A stretch of DNA of 64,000 nt from Clostridia bacterium (GCA_017405765.1 JAFQZS010000047.1:8367-72366); one strand, 5' to 3'; shown: positions 1 to 9,822, counted from the stretch's first letter. The notes: generated by a model from the sequence alone, not told the origin. A program made the numbers and translations.

Positions 1-538
1 AAGAGTATATAAAGAGATCGCGGCTTTGCACGATCATATAGATATTCTCGTAAACTGCGCCGGTATAACGATGGACGCCATGACAAAAAAGATGACGGAG
101 AAACAGTTTGACCGCGTGATCGCCGTAAACTTAAAGGGAACGTGGAATCTGACGCGCCTTATAGGTCCCGCCATGCAGCAAAGAAGATCGGGCTCTATAA
201 TCAACATATCTTCCGTTGTAGGAGTATTCGGAAACGTAGGTCAGGCAAATTATGCGGCGACCAAAGCGGGCGTTATAGGGATGACAAAGAGCTGGGCAAA
301 GGAATTTGCGATGAAAGGCGGAAACGTTCGCGTAAACGCCATAGCGCCGGGATATACGATGACCGACATGATGAAGACCGTTCCGCCGGACCTTCTGGAA
401 AAATTCAGGGGCATGACCATGTTGGGCAGGCTTGCCGAGCCTTCGGAGATAGCAAACGCCGCATTATTTCTTGCGTCGGATCTCTCAAGCTATGTTACGG
501 GCGAGCTTTTGAATGTAAACGGCGGCATGAGACTTTAA
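1..538 (+). CDS. fabG: 3-oxoacyl-[ACP] reductase (SDR family), 5' end cut by window edge
   Basis: The frame is open to the window edge. SDR motifs ILVNCAGI, NISSVVG, YAATKAG (Y-x3-K) and a C-terminal LNVNGGM are typical of FabG. Confidence 0.85.
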   Translation, partial: RVYKEIAALHDHIDILVNCAGITMDAMTKKMTEKQFDRVIAVNLKGTWNLTRLIGPAMQQRRSGSIINISSVVGVFGNVGQANYAATKAGVIGMTKSWAKEFAMKGGNVRVNAIAPGYTMTDMMKTVPPDLLEKFRGMTMLGRLAEPSEIANAALFLASDLSSYVTGELLNVNGGMRL

Positions 539-572
539 GAAACGTTTTGACTTTAGATGAATAACCGGTATT

Positions 573-612
573 AAGGCGGCGGAGCATAGGGTCTTTGCCG
601 CTTTTGTTTTTT
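573..612 (+). terminator. putative intrinsic terminator after fabG
   Basis: The AAGGCGGC...GCCGCTTT stem is followed by TTTTGTTTTTT. Confidence 0.45.
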
Positions 613-709
613 ATGAGGGCGGGGCATAAATCATCTTGTTTTTTCCGTCGTGAAACGGTATAATTATAAAAGTGAAAAACTGCAATGAAAAACGGAGACG
701 TATCGCTTT

Positions 710-1678
710 ATGGAAAAGAAGCTCATAAAGATAACAGACATAGACGGTATAAAGATAGGCCACGCGCAGGACGAAAAAAACGCCACGGGCTGCACCGTTA
801 TTATATGCGAGAAGGGCGCTTCGTGCGGCTGTGACGTAAGAGGCGGCGGCCCCGCCACGAGAGAAACGGGGCTTTTTCTTCCCGGCAGCGCGCCGCGCAA
901 GATGCACGCCGTTATGCTTTCGGGCGGCAGCGCGTTCGGGCTCGACGCCTGCGGCGGCGCAATGGCGTATCTTGCCGAGAAAAGCATCGGCTATAAGGTG
1001 GGTCCTTTTTATGTGCCGCTCGTCGTCGGCGCGTCGGTTTTCGACCTCCCCGTGGGCAGCGGATACGTGTATCCCAATAAGAAAATGGGCTATGAGGCGG
1101 CAAAGAACGCAAGCTCGGGCGATATAGCCGAAGGCAATGTGGGCGCGGGCATAGGATGCATAGTAGGCAAGTTTGCGGGCAAGGACTACGCCATGAAGAC
1201 AGGACTGGGCATATACGGCGTGTCGTACGGTCCGCTCAAGGTGGCGGCTTTGGCCGTTGTGAACGCCGTGGGAAACGTCGTAGATCCCGAAACGGGTAAG
1301 TTCGTCGCCGGGATACTCAGCGAAGACGGGCAAAGCATTAGGAGCGCGAAGGAATACTTTCTTAACGCCGCGATCCCCGAAGGCGGCATAGAGAACACAA
1401 CGCTCTGCTGCATCGTGACGAACGCCGACCTTACTAAGGGCGAGGCGAACCGCACGGCCGTGATAACGCACAACGGCTACGCAAGGACGATAAGCCCCGT
1501 ACATACGTCGAAGGACGGCGACGCCGTGTTCGTGATGGCTACCGGCGAAATAAAGACCACGCCCGACGTAGTGGGTACGATAGCGGCCGACTGCGCCGCC
1601 GAGGCCATACTTCGCGCATCGAAAGTTAAGGGCGCATACGGCTTTAAGGGATATTACGATATTTTCGGAGACGAATAA
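710..1678 (+). CDS. P1/S58 (DmpA-type) family aminopeptidase
   Basis: The N-terminus ITDIDGIKIGHAQD..TGCTVI, the SGGSAFGL motif and the 322-aa length are characteristic of the DmpA/L-aminopeptidase D-esterase family. Confidence 0.8.
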   Translation: MEKKLIKITDIDGIKIGHAQDEKNATGCTVIICEKGASCGCDVRGGGPATRETGLFLPGSAPRKMHAVMLSGGSAFGLDACGGAMAYLAEKSIGYKVGPFYVPLVVGASVFDLPVGSGYVYPNKKMGYEAAKNASSGDIAEGNVGAGIGCIVGKFAGKDYAMKTGLGIYGVSYGPLKVAALAVVNAVGNVVDPETGKFVAGILSEDGQSIRSAKEYFLNAAIPEGGIENTTLCCIVTNADLTKGEANRTAVITHNGYARTISPVHTSKDGDAVFVMATGEIKTTPDVVGTIAADCAAEAILRASKVKGAYGFKGYYDIFGDE

Positions 1679-1748
1679 TAACAGTTCCCGCCGCTTTTTT
1701 GGGAATGACGATCATAATATAAGAAAACGATATAACGGAGGATATTTT

Positions 1749-1985
1749 ATGGATTACAATTACAATGCGCTGCGATTTGATATCATGTATATGCTCGACG
1801 GACTCTATAATCAGGGATTTCCGGGCGCGTTGGAAGCGTATAACATGGCGGAAAAAGCGTCTAACGAGGAGCTTTTGAAGATAGCCGAGGATATGGAGTT
1901 CGATTTGAACGATTATCCCGTACCGAGGCGCGAGGATCTGTGGCTGCCGGAGAATAAGAAATTAAAGCGATATAGAGAAGATTAA
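1749..1985 (+). CDS. hypothetical small protein (78 aa)
   Basis: The ORF has a GGAGG RBS (acggaggatattttATG) and a terminator directly after the stop. No family was recognised. Confidence 0.5.
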   Translation: MDYNYNALRFDIMYMLDGLYNQGFPGALEAYNMAEKASNEELLKIAEDMEFDLNDYPVPRREDLWLPENKKLKRYRED

Positions 1986-2015
1986 AAAAGCGCGCCCGTT
2001 TTGGGCGCGTTTTTG
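1985..2015. terminator. bidirectional intrinsic terminator between convergent genes
   Basis: The hairpin AAAAAGCGCGCCC-GTTT-TGGGCGCGTTTTT has A- and T-runs on both sides. Confidence 0.7.
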
Positions 2016-2034
2016 GCTTTTCGAAAAGCTGTTT

Positions 2035-2283
2035 CTAATATGATTTTGACGTCACCGTCTTGGTTGAAACGCCCGAAAGTGCGCCAAGCTTTCCCGAAAG
2101 CGCGCTCGTAACGTCGTTGGGGGCGTCTAAAACTACGCAGATGACCGAAATACCGCGCTCGCGGTACGGTATTCCCATGCGGCCTATTATGTAATTGCCG
2201 TACTCATGAAGCAGGGCGTTTATTGAATCCGCTATGCTTTTATCCTCAACTATTATGGAAATTATGGATATGCGTTTTTCCAT
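2035..2283 (-). CDS. TM1266-family (ACT-like) putative iron-only hydrogenase system regulator
   Basis: An AAAGGAGG RBS lies before MEKRISIISIIVED. The sequence ...IIGRMGIPYRERGISVICVVLDAP.DVTSALSGKLG closely matches the TM1266/TIGR03959 pattern. The start was moved to the internal ATG at 2283. Confidence 0.75.
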   Translation of the reverse strand: MEKRISIISIIVEDKSIADSINALLHEYGNYIIGRMGIPYRERGISVICVVLDAPNDVTSALSGKLGALSGVSTKTVTSKSY

Positions 2284-2382
2284 ATATATGCCTCCTTTGT
2301 TATTTCGCTGTTTAAAGGATATCAAAGAAGGGCGGGGCGAGTCAAGCAGACGAGCCTTGGGGAAAAATATATGTTTTTTTAC

Positions 2383-2411
2383 TTGACAAACGCGGACGCT
2401 TTTAATATAAT
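2383..2411 (+). promoter_or_regulatory. consensus sigma-A promoter of the rpsF-ssb-rpsR operon
   Basis: TTGACA (2383-2388), a 17-nt spacer and TATAAT (2406-2411). A GCCGCAT/ATGCGGC hairpin at about 2424-2446 in the 5' UTR may be an S6 leader-type element (not verified). Confidence 0.6.
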
Positions 2412-2473
2412 TTTATAGTCCTTGCCGCATAAAAACAAAATGCGGCCAAAAGTCCAGAAGGAGGTATAGAAAA

Positions 2474-2770
2474 ATGGAGAAAAAACTTGTCAGCTACGAG
2501 ACGATTTTTATCGTTGATATGACGGGCGGAGAAGAAGCCGTTGCAGCTGCCGTAGACAAGTTCAAGACTTTGATAGAAAAGTCTGCGACTGTCGAAAGCG
2601 TTGACGAATGGGGAAAAAGACGCCTTGCGTATCCGATAAATGACCTTACCGAAGGCTATTACGTTCTCGTCAACTTCCAGAGCGATCCTGAGTTCCCGAA
2701 AGAGCTCGACCGTATCTACAATATCAATGATGCTATTTTACGTTCCATTATTATCAGAAAAGATGCGTAA
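2474..2770 (+). CDS. rpsF: 30S ribosomal protein S6
   Basis: YETIFIV...WGKRRLAYPI motif, a strong AGGAGG RBS, and rpsF-ssb-rpsR synteny. Confidence 0.95.
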   Translation: MEKKLVSYETIFIVDMTGGEEAVAAAVDKFKTLIEKSATVESVDEWGKRRLAYPINDLTEGYYVLVNFQSDPEFPKELDRIYNINDAILRSIIIRKDA

Positions 2771-2783
2771 GGTGGTGTAACGG

Positions 2784-3248
2784 GTGAATAAAGTTATATT
2801 ATTGGGACGCTTAACAGCCGACCCCGAGCTTAGAACTACCCCGTCAGGCATTTCAGTTACTACTATACGTGTTGCCGTAAGCAGGCGTTTCGCCCGTCAG
2901 GGCGATCCCGTGACCGCCGATTTTTTTGATGTAGTCTGCTGGAGACAGACGGCCGAATTTGTATCGAGATATTTTACAAAGGGCCGTATGATCGCAATAG
3001 TCGGCAGCCTTCAGACAAGAAAATGGCAGGACAAGGACGGCAACAACCGCTATTCCACAGAAGTTGTGGCGGATGAGGTATATTTTGCCGATTCCAAAAA
3101 AGACGCTTCCGCTTCCGGAGCCGACTCCTCGTTCAGAAGTGCGCCGCAAGCCCCTCAGGGCGATATGGGCGCGCCGATAGGAGGATACACGCCGGCACAG
3201 CGCGGAGATTTTGAAGAAGTTGACGACGGCGACGAACTGCCGTTTTGA
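2784..3248 (+). CDS. ssb: single-stranded DNA-binding protein
   Basis: GTG start. The N-terminus MNKVILLGRLTADPELR, an OB-fold core, a Gly/Pro-rich linker and the acidic tail DDGDELPF are typical of SSB. Confidence 0.95.
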   Translation: MNKVILLGRLTADPELRTTPSGISVTTIRVAVSRRFARQGDPVTADFFDVVCWRQTAEFVSRYFTKGRMIAIVGSLQTRKWQDKDGNNRYSTEVVADEVYFADSKKDASASGADSSFRSAPQAPQGDMGAPIGGYTPAQRGDFEEVDDGDELPF

Positions 3249-3269
3249 TCCGAAACAGGAGGTAAGACG

Positions 3270-3509
3270 ATGGAAAGAGAAAGACCTTATAAGAACAGAC
3301 GTGCAAAGAGAAAGGTTTGCCAGTTCTGCGTTGATAAAGTTGAACATATCGATTACAAGGATACTGCTCGTCTGAGAAGATACATTTCGGACAGAGCAAA
3401 GATACAGCCCAGACGCATCACCGGCACCTGCGCTAAGCATCAGCGCCAGCTCACCGAAGCTATCAAGCGCGCACGTCATATCGCTCTTTTACCGTTCACG
3501 GCTGAATAA
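3270..3509 (+). CDS. rpsR: 30S ribosomal protein S18
   Basis: KVCQFC...IDYKD...[23 protein letters not shown] is the S18 signature. Confidence 0.95.
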   Translation: MERERPYKNRRAKRKVCQFCVDKVEHIDYKDTARLRRYISDRAKIQPRRITGTCAKHQRQLTEAIKRARHIALLPFTAE

Positions 3510-3528
3510 GAGCAAAAAACGTAAACAT

Positions 3529-3570
3529 AGACCCTTTTTGCAAATGAATGCAAAGAGGGTCTGTTTTTTT
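3529..3570 (+). terminator. intrinsic terminator after rpsR
   Basis: The long stem AGACCCTTTTTGCA/TGCAAAGAGGGTCT is followed by TGTTTTTTT. Confidence 0.8.
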
Positions 3571-3770
3571 ATGATCTGATATGATATCGCCCTAAGAAAT
3601 GAACAAATAAAAAATATATAAAAGCCGCAGGCATAAAGAGGGGAAAAAGGCAAAATATGCTTTTTTCTTTTTTTACAAATATGATCCATATCATTTGACG
3701 GCGCGTCGATTTAGGACCGTTTATTGAAAAACGAGGTAATTTCGGGTAAAATAATAATAAACTTGATTTT

Positions 3771-5210
3771 GTGGGAAAGGCGGTGAGTGCGGTGCCGGAT
3801 AAAAAAGACGATCTTTTTGGAGATATGTTTGATTTTAACGGCGACAAAAAGACAGATATGAGCGAGAAGTATATCGCATATAAGATCTTTCAGGAAACGA
3901 TCAAAGATCTTGACGGCGAACACGACGACGAATTTGATGATGAATATGACGACGAACATGACGACGAATATGACGATAAACACGACGACGCGACAGAATA
4001 CGCCGAGCCTGATTCGTATAGAGCGCCGCCGCCCGCGCCGTCCGTGCCGCCGCCGGACGAGAGCGACGACCCCGACCGGATAGGATCGCCGCCGGACGGA
4101 CCGATAACGCTCGAGGAATACCGAAAAAGGCAGCGCGAAAGCGCAAAGGGCGCATTTTATGTATTCCTTATTACTCTTGTGCTGTCGGCCATACCTATAC
4201 TTCTCATAATCGGCGGCATAAGCACGCTACTCGACTATCATATGAACGCCACAGGCCTTGGGCTCGTGCTTTTGTGCGTCGGCGTGATCCTTTTATGCAT
4301 TGTATTCGCGCTTGCTTTTATGCCGCTGCTTGGCTTTGTGACAGAGGAGGTGTCAACAAACCGACGATTGTACGAAGCGTCTCTGACGGAGGAGACGAAA
4401 AGTCGCAAGATTAAAAAAACGCGCGTGGCCGGAGTGATATTTCTCGTCGTTTTTCTTGCAGCCGTCCTGTTCGTATGCGCCTACGTTCTGCTTGACCTGC
4501 ACAGCGCGCACGAAATATATCTTAACGCCGAGGAGTACGCTCTTGAGGGACGTTACGAAGAGGCGCTTACGCTGCTTGAGTCTATTGAAGGCAAGGAACA
4601 AAATAGGGCAGGCGCGCTTGCCGCGTATTGCAGGGCGCGCTTGGATTACAATAACGGCCTCGTCTATAAGGCATATGAAGAGTTTGGTTGGAAAGATTAT
4701 AATTATGAATCGGAGGAGCTTTCCAAAAAGGCAAAAATGTTTAAGCAAATGCTTGAGCAGCGAAAAGATGAGCTTGATCGTAAAGCTGAGAGGGAAGCAA
4801 AAAAGCTCTATGGCGACAAGGAGCCTTACGTCGGTATGAGCGAAGCATACATAAATTACACATCGCTCGGCAGAGCGGACGACGTGGACTTACAGTTTGA
4901 CGAAGTCAGCAGCTATGAAGCGGGCAAAACGAGATACAGAATGACTAGCACGTATTATTTTTACCGCGGATATACGCTCATAGTCAAAGTGCAATGCGTT
5001 GACGGACGCGTAAAGCAGATCTGGGATTACAGAGAAAAGGAGACGGTAAACGATAAACCGGGCGCCGCTTCGCATTCCGCGTACACGGATCCGGGCTTAC
5101 CCGCGTCCGAGGACTTTGACCACCCCTCGGATTTCTACGAGTGGTATATTGACGACTTCATAGATTACGAAGAGGCGGAGGATTATTATTACGACCACGG
5201 CGGACGCTGA
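3771..5210 (+). CDS. hypothetical multi-pass membrane protein with acidic DDEx repeat N-terminus
   Basis: The long ORF has an N-terminal DDEFDDEYDDEHDDEYDDKHDD repeat, a Pro-rich linker, about 4 hydrophobic helices and a C-terminal soluble domain. The start is uncertain (GTG 3771 or GTG 3784). Confidence 0.6.
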   Translation: MGKAVSAVPDKKDDLFGDMFDFNGDKKTDMSEKYIAYKIFQETIKDLDGEHDDEFDDEYDDEHDDEYDDKHDDATEYAEPDSYRAPPPAPSVPPPDESDDPDRIGSPPDGPITLEEYRKRQRESAKGAFYVFLITLVLSAIPILLIIGGISTLLDYHMNATGLGLVLLCVGVILLCIVFALAFMPLLGFVTEEVSTNRRLYEASLTEETKSRKIKKTRVAGVIFLVVFLAAVLFVCAYVLLDLHSAHEIYLNAEEYALEGRYEEALTLLESIEGKEQNRAGALAAYCRARLDYNNGLVYKAYEEFGWKDYNYESEELSKKAKMFKQMLEQRKDELDRKAEREAKKLYGDKEPYVGMSEAYINYTSLGRADDVDLQFDEVSSYEAGKTRYRMTSTYYFYRGYTLIVKVQCVDGRVKQIWDYREKETVNDKPGAASHSAYTDPGLPASEDFDHPSDFYEWYIDDFIDYEEAEDYYYDHGGR

Positions 5211-5211
5211 C

Positions 5212-5251
5212 AAAAGGCGGGAAATCGACGACGCCCGCCTTTTTTCTTTTT
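5212..5251 (+). terminator. intrinsic terminator
   Basis: The AAAAGGCGGG...CCCGCC stem is followed by TTTTTTCTTTTTTT. Confidence 0.7.
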
Positions 5252-5255
5252 TTAA

Positions 5256-5284
5256 TTGAAAAAAACCTCATATGTGTATATAAT
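5256..5284 (+). promoter_or_regulatory. sigma-A type promoter upstream of murD
   Basis: TTGAAA (5256-5261), a 17-nt spacer and TATAAT (5279-5284). Confidence 0.55.
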
Positions 5285-5319
5285 ATATTAGTTAAATAAA
5301 AATTATTTCGGAGGCTTTT

Positions 5320-6711
5320 ATGGACAACGCCTATAAAAAATATTTTGAAGGCTTAAAAGGGAAAAAGGTGGCGGTAATAGGTATCGGCATATCGAACCTG
5401 CCGCTTATATATATGCTTCTTTCCTGCGGAGCGGACGTTTGCGCGCGCGACAAAAAAACAAAGGAGGCGCTCGGCAAAACGTATGACGAGCTTGTAAGCC
5501 GCGGCGCGCGCGTTATAGCGGGCGACGACTATCTTTTGGATCTTACGGAGGAGATAATCTTTAAAACGCCCGGTATGCGCTACGACGTGAAGGAGCTTGC
5601 CGCCGCTCGCGAGGCGGGACGCACGGTGACGAGCGAGATGGAAGTCTTTATGGAGCTTTGCCCGGCGCGCGTATTCGCCGTTACGGGTTCAGACGGGAAG
5701 ACAACTACGACTACGCTCATATACGAAATGCTGAAAAAAGAAGGATATACGTGTCATTTGGGCGGCAATATCGGCGCGCCTCTTTTGCCGAAGATAGCCG
5801 AGATAAAAAAAGACGACATGGTAGTTTTGGAGCTTTCAAGCTTCCAGCTCCACACGATGAAAAAGAGCCCCGACGCGGCGCTCATCACCAATCTTTCGCC
5901 GAACCACCTTGATTATCACAAGTCGATGGACGAATACGTAGACGCAAAGAAGAACATATATCTTCATCAGCGCGCCGACGCGCGCCTCGTATTGAACCGT
6001 GACAACGATATAACGAACGATATATATTCCAAAATGAAGGACAAGCGCGAGACGCTCGGCTTTTCAAAAACGCTTCACGCCGAAGACGGCGCATATCTTG
6101 ACGGCGGCGATATAGTTATGTTAAAAAACGGGGAAAAGACGCGCGTCATGTCGAAAGACGACATTTATCTTCCCGGAATGCGCAACGTTGAGAATTATCT
6201 TGCAGCGACGGCCATGGTGTGGGGATACGTTTCGCCCGAGACGATACTTTATACGGCGAGAAACTTTAAAGGCGTGGCGCACAGGATAGAATTCGTAAGA
6301 GAGCTTCACGGCGTCCGCTATTACAACGACTCCATCGCCTCAAGCCCGACGAGGACGCTTGCGGGACTCAACTCGTTCGACCAAAAGCTTATCGTTATCG
6401 CCGGAGGATACGACAAGAACCTCGACTACACGGTAATGGGCGACGCGCTCATAGAGAAAGTAAAAACGCTCGTCTTAACGGGCGCGACGGCCAAAAAGAT
6501 AGAGACCGCCGTAACGGAGAATAAGAATTATCGCGGCGCGCCCGAAATAATACGCGCCGACAGCTTTAAAAACGCGGTCATTGCGGCTGCATACGCGGCG
6601 CGCGAGGGCGACACAGTCATTCTTTCTCCCGCATCCGCAAGCTTCGACTTATTTAAAAACTTTGAGGAAAGAGGAAACGAGTTTAAGCGTATAGTAAACG
6701 AATTAAACTGA
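5320..6711 (+). CDS. murD: UDP-N-acetylmuramoyl-L-alanine--D-glutamate ligase
   Basis: N-terminal Rossmann motif KKVAVIGIGISN, the Mur ligase P-loop GSDGKTTTT, and a 463-aa length. Confidence 0.9.
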   Translation: MDNAYKKYFEGLKGKKVAVIGIGISNLPLIYMLLSCGADVCARDKKTKEALGKTYDELVSRGARVIAGDDYLLDLTEEIIFKTPGMRYDVKELAAAREAGRTVTSEMEVFMELCPARVFAVTGSDGKTTTTTLIYEMLKKEGYTCHLGGNIGAPLLPKIAEIKKDDMVVLELSSFQLHTMKKSPDAALITNLSPNHLDYHKSMDEYVDAKKNIYLHQRADARLVLNRDNDITNDIYSKMKDKRETLGFSKTLHAEDGAYLDGGDIVMLKNGEKTRVMSKDDIYLPGMRNVENYLAATAMVWGYVSPETILYTARNFKGVAHRIEFVRELHGVRYYNDSIASSPTRTLAGLNSFDQKLIVIAGGYDKNLDYTVMGDALIEKVKTLVLTGATAKKIETAVTENKNYRGAPEIIRADSFKNAVIAAAYAAREGDTVILSPASASFDLFKNFEERGNEFKRIVNELN

Positions 6712-6721
6712 CAAGACGCAT

Positions 6722-7753
6722 ATGAAAACGGACGAAATACTTGAAAAATTATGCCGAACGGACGGGGTGTCCGGATTTGAGGAGAAAATCGCCTCGCTTT
6801 GCACAGAGCTTTTAAAGGACGCGGGCGCAGACGAGGTATATACCGACGCATTGGGGAGCGTACATGCCGTTTTTGAGCCGCGGGGCGAGGCTGTGCGCAC
6901 CGTGCTTTTGGACGCGCATATGGACGAGGTCGGCCTTATGGTGAGCGGCGTATGTGAAAACGGAATGATAAAATTTGTAAACATTGGCGGCGTAGACGCG
7001 CGCGTTCTGCCTGCCATGCGCGTGAAGATCCACGGCAAGCGCGATTATTTCGGCGTTATAACCAATCTTCCGCCTCATATCACAAGCTCGGGAGACTATA
7101 AAAAAGCCGTGCCCATAGACGAGATGTTCATTGACGCGGGCCTTTCGTATGAGGAGGCTTCGGAAAACATCTCCGCAGGCGACGCCGTGAGCTTTTTTAC
7201 ACCGGCGGGAACGATGCTCGGCGGGCGCTTTCTTTCAAAGGCGCTCGACGACAGGGCGGGTATCACGGCGCTTTTATACGCGGCGGGCGAGCTTAAAGGA
7301 AAGCTTATGAATACGCGTATCCACGTGCTTTTTTCCACGCAGGAGGAATTTTCGCTGTCAGGCGCGGCGGCGGGAGCGTATCTTTCCGGCGCCGATATGT
7401 GCATATGCGTTGACGTTGGACATGCAAGTACGCCCGATTCGAGATCCGACGATACATTTGAGCTTTCGGGCGGTCCTATGATAGGCGCGGCTCCGAGCCT
7501 TAAAAAGCGGTTCACGCGCGAGATCATAGATTTGGCCCGGTCGCTTGATATGACGTATCAGGTGGAAGTAATGGGCGGATCGTCCGGCACCAATGCATGG
7601 AGCATAGCGATATCGGGGCGCGGCATACCGTGCGCGCTGATCTCGATACCGCTAAGATATATGCACACGGGCGCGGAGGTGGTCTCCGTCTCCGATATCG
7701 AGGACGCAGGCAGGCTTGCGGCCGAGTATGTTTTACAAAAGGACAGGGGGTAG
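6722..7753 (+). CDS. M42 family metallopeptidase (FrvX/TET-like aminopeptidase), paralog 1
   Basis: GVSGFE..., LDAHMDEVGLMV, and a KALDDRAGI...QEE motif layout typical of M42. Confidence 0.85.
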   Translation: MKTDEILEKLCRTDGVSGFEEKIASLCTELLKDAGADEVYTDALGSVHAVFEPRGEAVRTVLLDAHMDEVGLMVSGVCENGMIKFVNIGGVDARVLPAMRVKIHGKRDYFGVITNLPPHITSSGDYKKAVPIDEMFIDAGLSYEEASENISAGDAVSFFTPAGTMLGGRFLSKALDDRAGITALLYAAGELKGKLMNTRIHVLFSTQEEFSLSGAAAGAYLSGADMCICVDVGHASTPDSRSDDTFELSGGPMIGAAPSLKKRFTREIIDLARSLDMTYQVEVMGGSSGTNAWSIAISGRGIPCALISIPLRYMHTGAEVVSVSDIEDAGRLAAEYVLQKDRG

Positions 7754-7760
7754 AAGGACC

Positions 7761-8792
7761 GTGGAGCTTATTGAGACGCTGTGCCGCCTTCGCGGAGTGA
7801 CGGGAGACGAGGACGACGTTTCGTCGTATATAGAAGCGCGCATGAAAGAGGCCGGGTGCGAAGTCGTCGGCGACAGAATGGGGAACCTCATAGTAAAAAA
7901 ACAGGGAAAAAACAGGCCGAAAACGCCCGTAACGCTGTATGCGCACATGGACGAGGTGGGCCTTATCATATCGAAGATACAGTCGGACGGGTTTTTAAGG
8001 TTCAAAACGGTGGGCGGCATTGACCCTCGCGTTCTTTTGTCAAAGACTGTTTTTGTAGGAGAAAATCGCATACGCGGCGTTATCGGCGTAAAGGCGGTAC
8101 ATCTTCAGACTAAGGAGACGCGCGAAAAGGCGCCCGATATCGACAAAATGTATATAGACGTCGGAGCAAAGGACGGGGACGAAGCAGAAAAATACGTGTC
8201 TTTGGGCGACTTCGCCTGCTTCGACGATGAGACTGTATATTTCGGTCAAAGGCGCATTTGCGCAAAGGCGCTTGACGATCGCGCAGGCTGCGCCGCGATA
8301 ATGGAGACGCTGTCGGGCGAGCTTGAATACGATGTAAAAGCCGTATTTACCGTGGGCGAGGAGATAGGAACGCGCGGCGCGCGCGTAGCAGCAAAGGAAG
8401 CCGAAAGCGGCGTGGCCGTTATCGTTGAAACGACGACGTGCGCCGATTTTGACGGCGTGCCCGAAAACAAGAAGGTAACTCGGCTGGGCGAAGGGCCTGC
8501 GATATCGTTCATCGACAACTCTACGTTCTACGATCCAAAGCTCGTAAAGCTCGCGCTCTCGTGCGCCGAACAAAACGGTATATCGCATCAGATAAAAAAA
8601 AGCGGCGCAGGCGGAAACGACGCGGGCGCCGTATCGCAGGGCTTCGGAGGACATAAGGCGCTGAGCGTGTCCATGCCGTGCAGATATCTTCATTCGCCGT
8701 CAAGCGTGATATCGCTTGACGATTACGACAATACTAAGCGGCTTATCGCCGCGCTTATAAATAAATTGGGGGAACAGGGCTATGAATATTGA
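7761..8792 (+). CDS. M42 family metallopeptidase, paralog 2
   Basis: LYAHMDEVGLII, KALDDRAGC, TVGEEIGTRGA. The start was set to the GTG at 7761, just after the upstream stop and a GGGGGTAGAAGGA RBS. Confidence 0.85.
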   Translation: MELIETLCRLRGVTGDEDDVSSYIEARMKEAGCEVVGDRMGNLIVKKQGKNRPKTPVTLYAHMDEVGLIISKIQSDGFLRFKTVGGIDPRVLLSKTVFVGENRIRGVIGVKAVHLQTKETREKAPDIDKMYIDVGAKDGDEAEKYVSLGDFACFDDETVYFGQRRICAKALDDRAGCAAIMETLSGELEYDVKAVFTVGEEIGTRGARVAAKEAESGVAVIVETTTCADFDGVPENKKVTRLGEGPAISFIDNSTFYDPKLVKLALSCAEQNGISHQIKKSGAGGNDAGAVSQGFGGHKALSVSMPCRYLHSPSSVISLDDYDNTKRLIAALINKLGEQGYEY

Positions 8793-9768
8793 TACGTCTC
8801 TTTTACTTGAATTATGCTCCGCTTTCGGCCCGTCGGGACATGAGAGCGGGATATCCGAGCTTATAGCGTCGAAGCTTCGGCCTTTTTCCGATGAGATATA
8901 CAGCGACGCTTTGGGAAATCTCGTGGTGAGAAAGAAGGGCGCGGGCAAGCGCGTCATGCTGGCCGCGCATATGGATTCGGTCGGCCTTATAGTTACGAAT
9001 ATCACGGATGACGGATTTTTATACTGCGCGCCCGTAGGCGGCGTGTCGCCGTTTTACGCGCTTTCGGGATACGTGCGCTTCGAGAACGGTACGCGCGGCG
9101 TGATCATGTGCGGCACGAAGACGAAACGCGCCGAATTAAAGATTTCGGATATGTTTATAGACATAGGCGCGCGGGACGACAAAGAGGCGCAGAAGCTCGT
9201 CTCAGTAGGCGACGCCTGCGTTGTTGAGCACGAGGGCTTTGTTCAGAACGGACGCGTATTTTCAAACTTTCTTGACGACCGTATAGGCTGCTTTGTGCTT
9301 TTGGAGGCCTTTAAACGCTTAAAGGAGACCGACAATGATATATACTTTGTTTTCACCGTGCAGGAGGAGCTGGGCCTTAGGGGCGCGCGCGCCGTTTCGT
9401 ATTCTATTGAGCCGGACGTCGCCCTTTCGGTGGACGTTATGACTGCGCCGGACACGCCCGATTCGTCGGGACACGGGCTTAAGCTCGGCGGCGGAGCAGG
9501 CATAAAGGTGAAGGACGGCTCGGTCATCACGCACAGAGAGGTGCGCGCGGCGCTTTGCGATATCGCAAAGGAGAAAGGCGTAAAGTATCAGCTCGAGGTC
9601 GCGCCGTCGGGCGGGACCGACGCGGGCGCGATACATCAAAGCCGCGCCGGAGTAAGAACTGGCGGACTTTCCGTTCCGTCGAGATATACCCATTCGGCGG
9701 GAGAATGCATAGACATTGCGGACGCGGAAGCCGCAATAAGTCTGGCGGCCGAATTTGCGGTAAGATAA
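8782..9768 (+). CDS. M42 family metallopeptidase, paralog 3
   Basis: LAAHMDSVGLIV, FLDDRIGC, TVQEELGLRGA. It overlaps the previous stop by 11 nt. Confidence 0.85.
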   Translation: MNIDTSLLLELCSAFGPSGHESGISELIASKLRPFSDEIYSDALGNLVVRKKGAGKRVMLAAHMDSVGLIVTNITDDGFLYCAPVGGVSPFYALSGYVRFENGTRGVIMCGTKTKRAELKISDMFIDIGARDDKEAQKLVSVGDACVVEHEGFVQNGRVFSNFLDDRIGCFVLLEAFKRLKETDNDIYFVFTVQEELGLRGARAVSYSIEPDVALSVDVMTAPDTPDSSGHGLKLGGGAGIKVKDGSVITHREVRAALCDIAKEKGVKYQLEVAPSGGTDAGAIHQSRAGVRTGGLSVPSRYTHSAGECIDIADAEAAISLAAEFAVR

Positions 9769-9780
9769 ACAAAAAAAATA

Positions 9781-9806
9781 AAAATTCCGCAGGAGGCGGA
9801 ATTTTT
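9781..9806 (+). terminator. intrinsic terminator after the M42 trio
   Basis: AAAATTCCGC-AGGAG-GCGGAATTTTTATTT. Confidence 0.65.
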
Positions 9807-9822
9807 ATTTAAGGAGAAGACG

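Noticed and set aside
611-1504. 297-aa minus-strand ORF
   Set aside because: It is antisense to the DmpA-type peptidase gene, whose translation carries clear family motifs. The antisense product is Arg/Ala-rich with no RBS.
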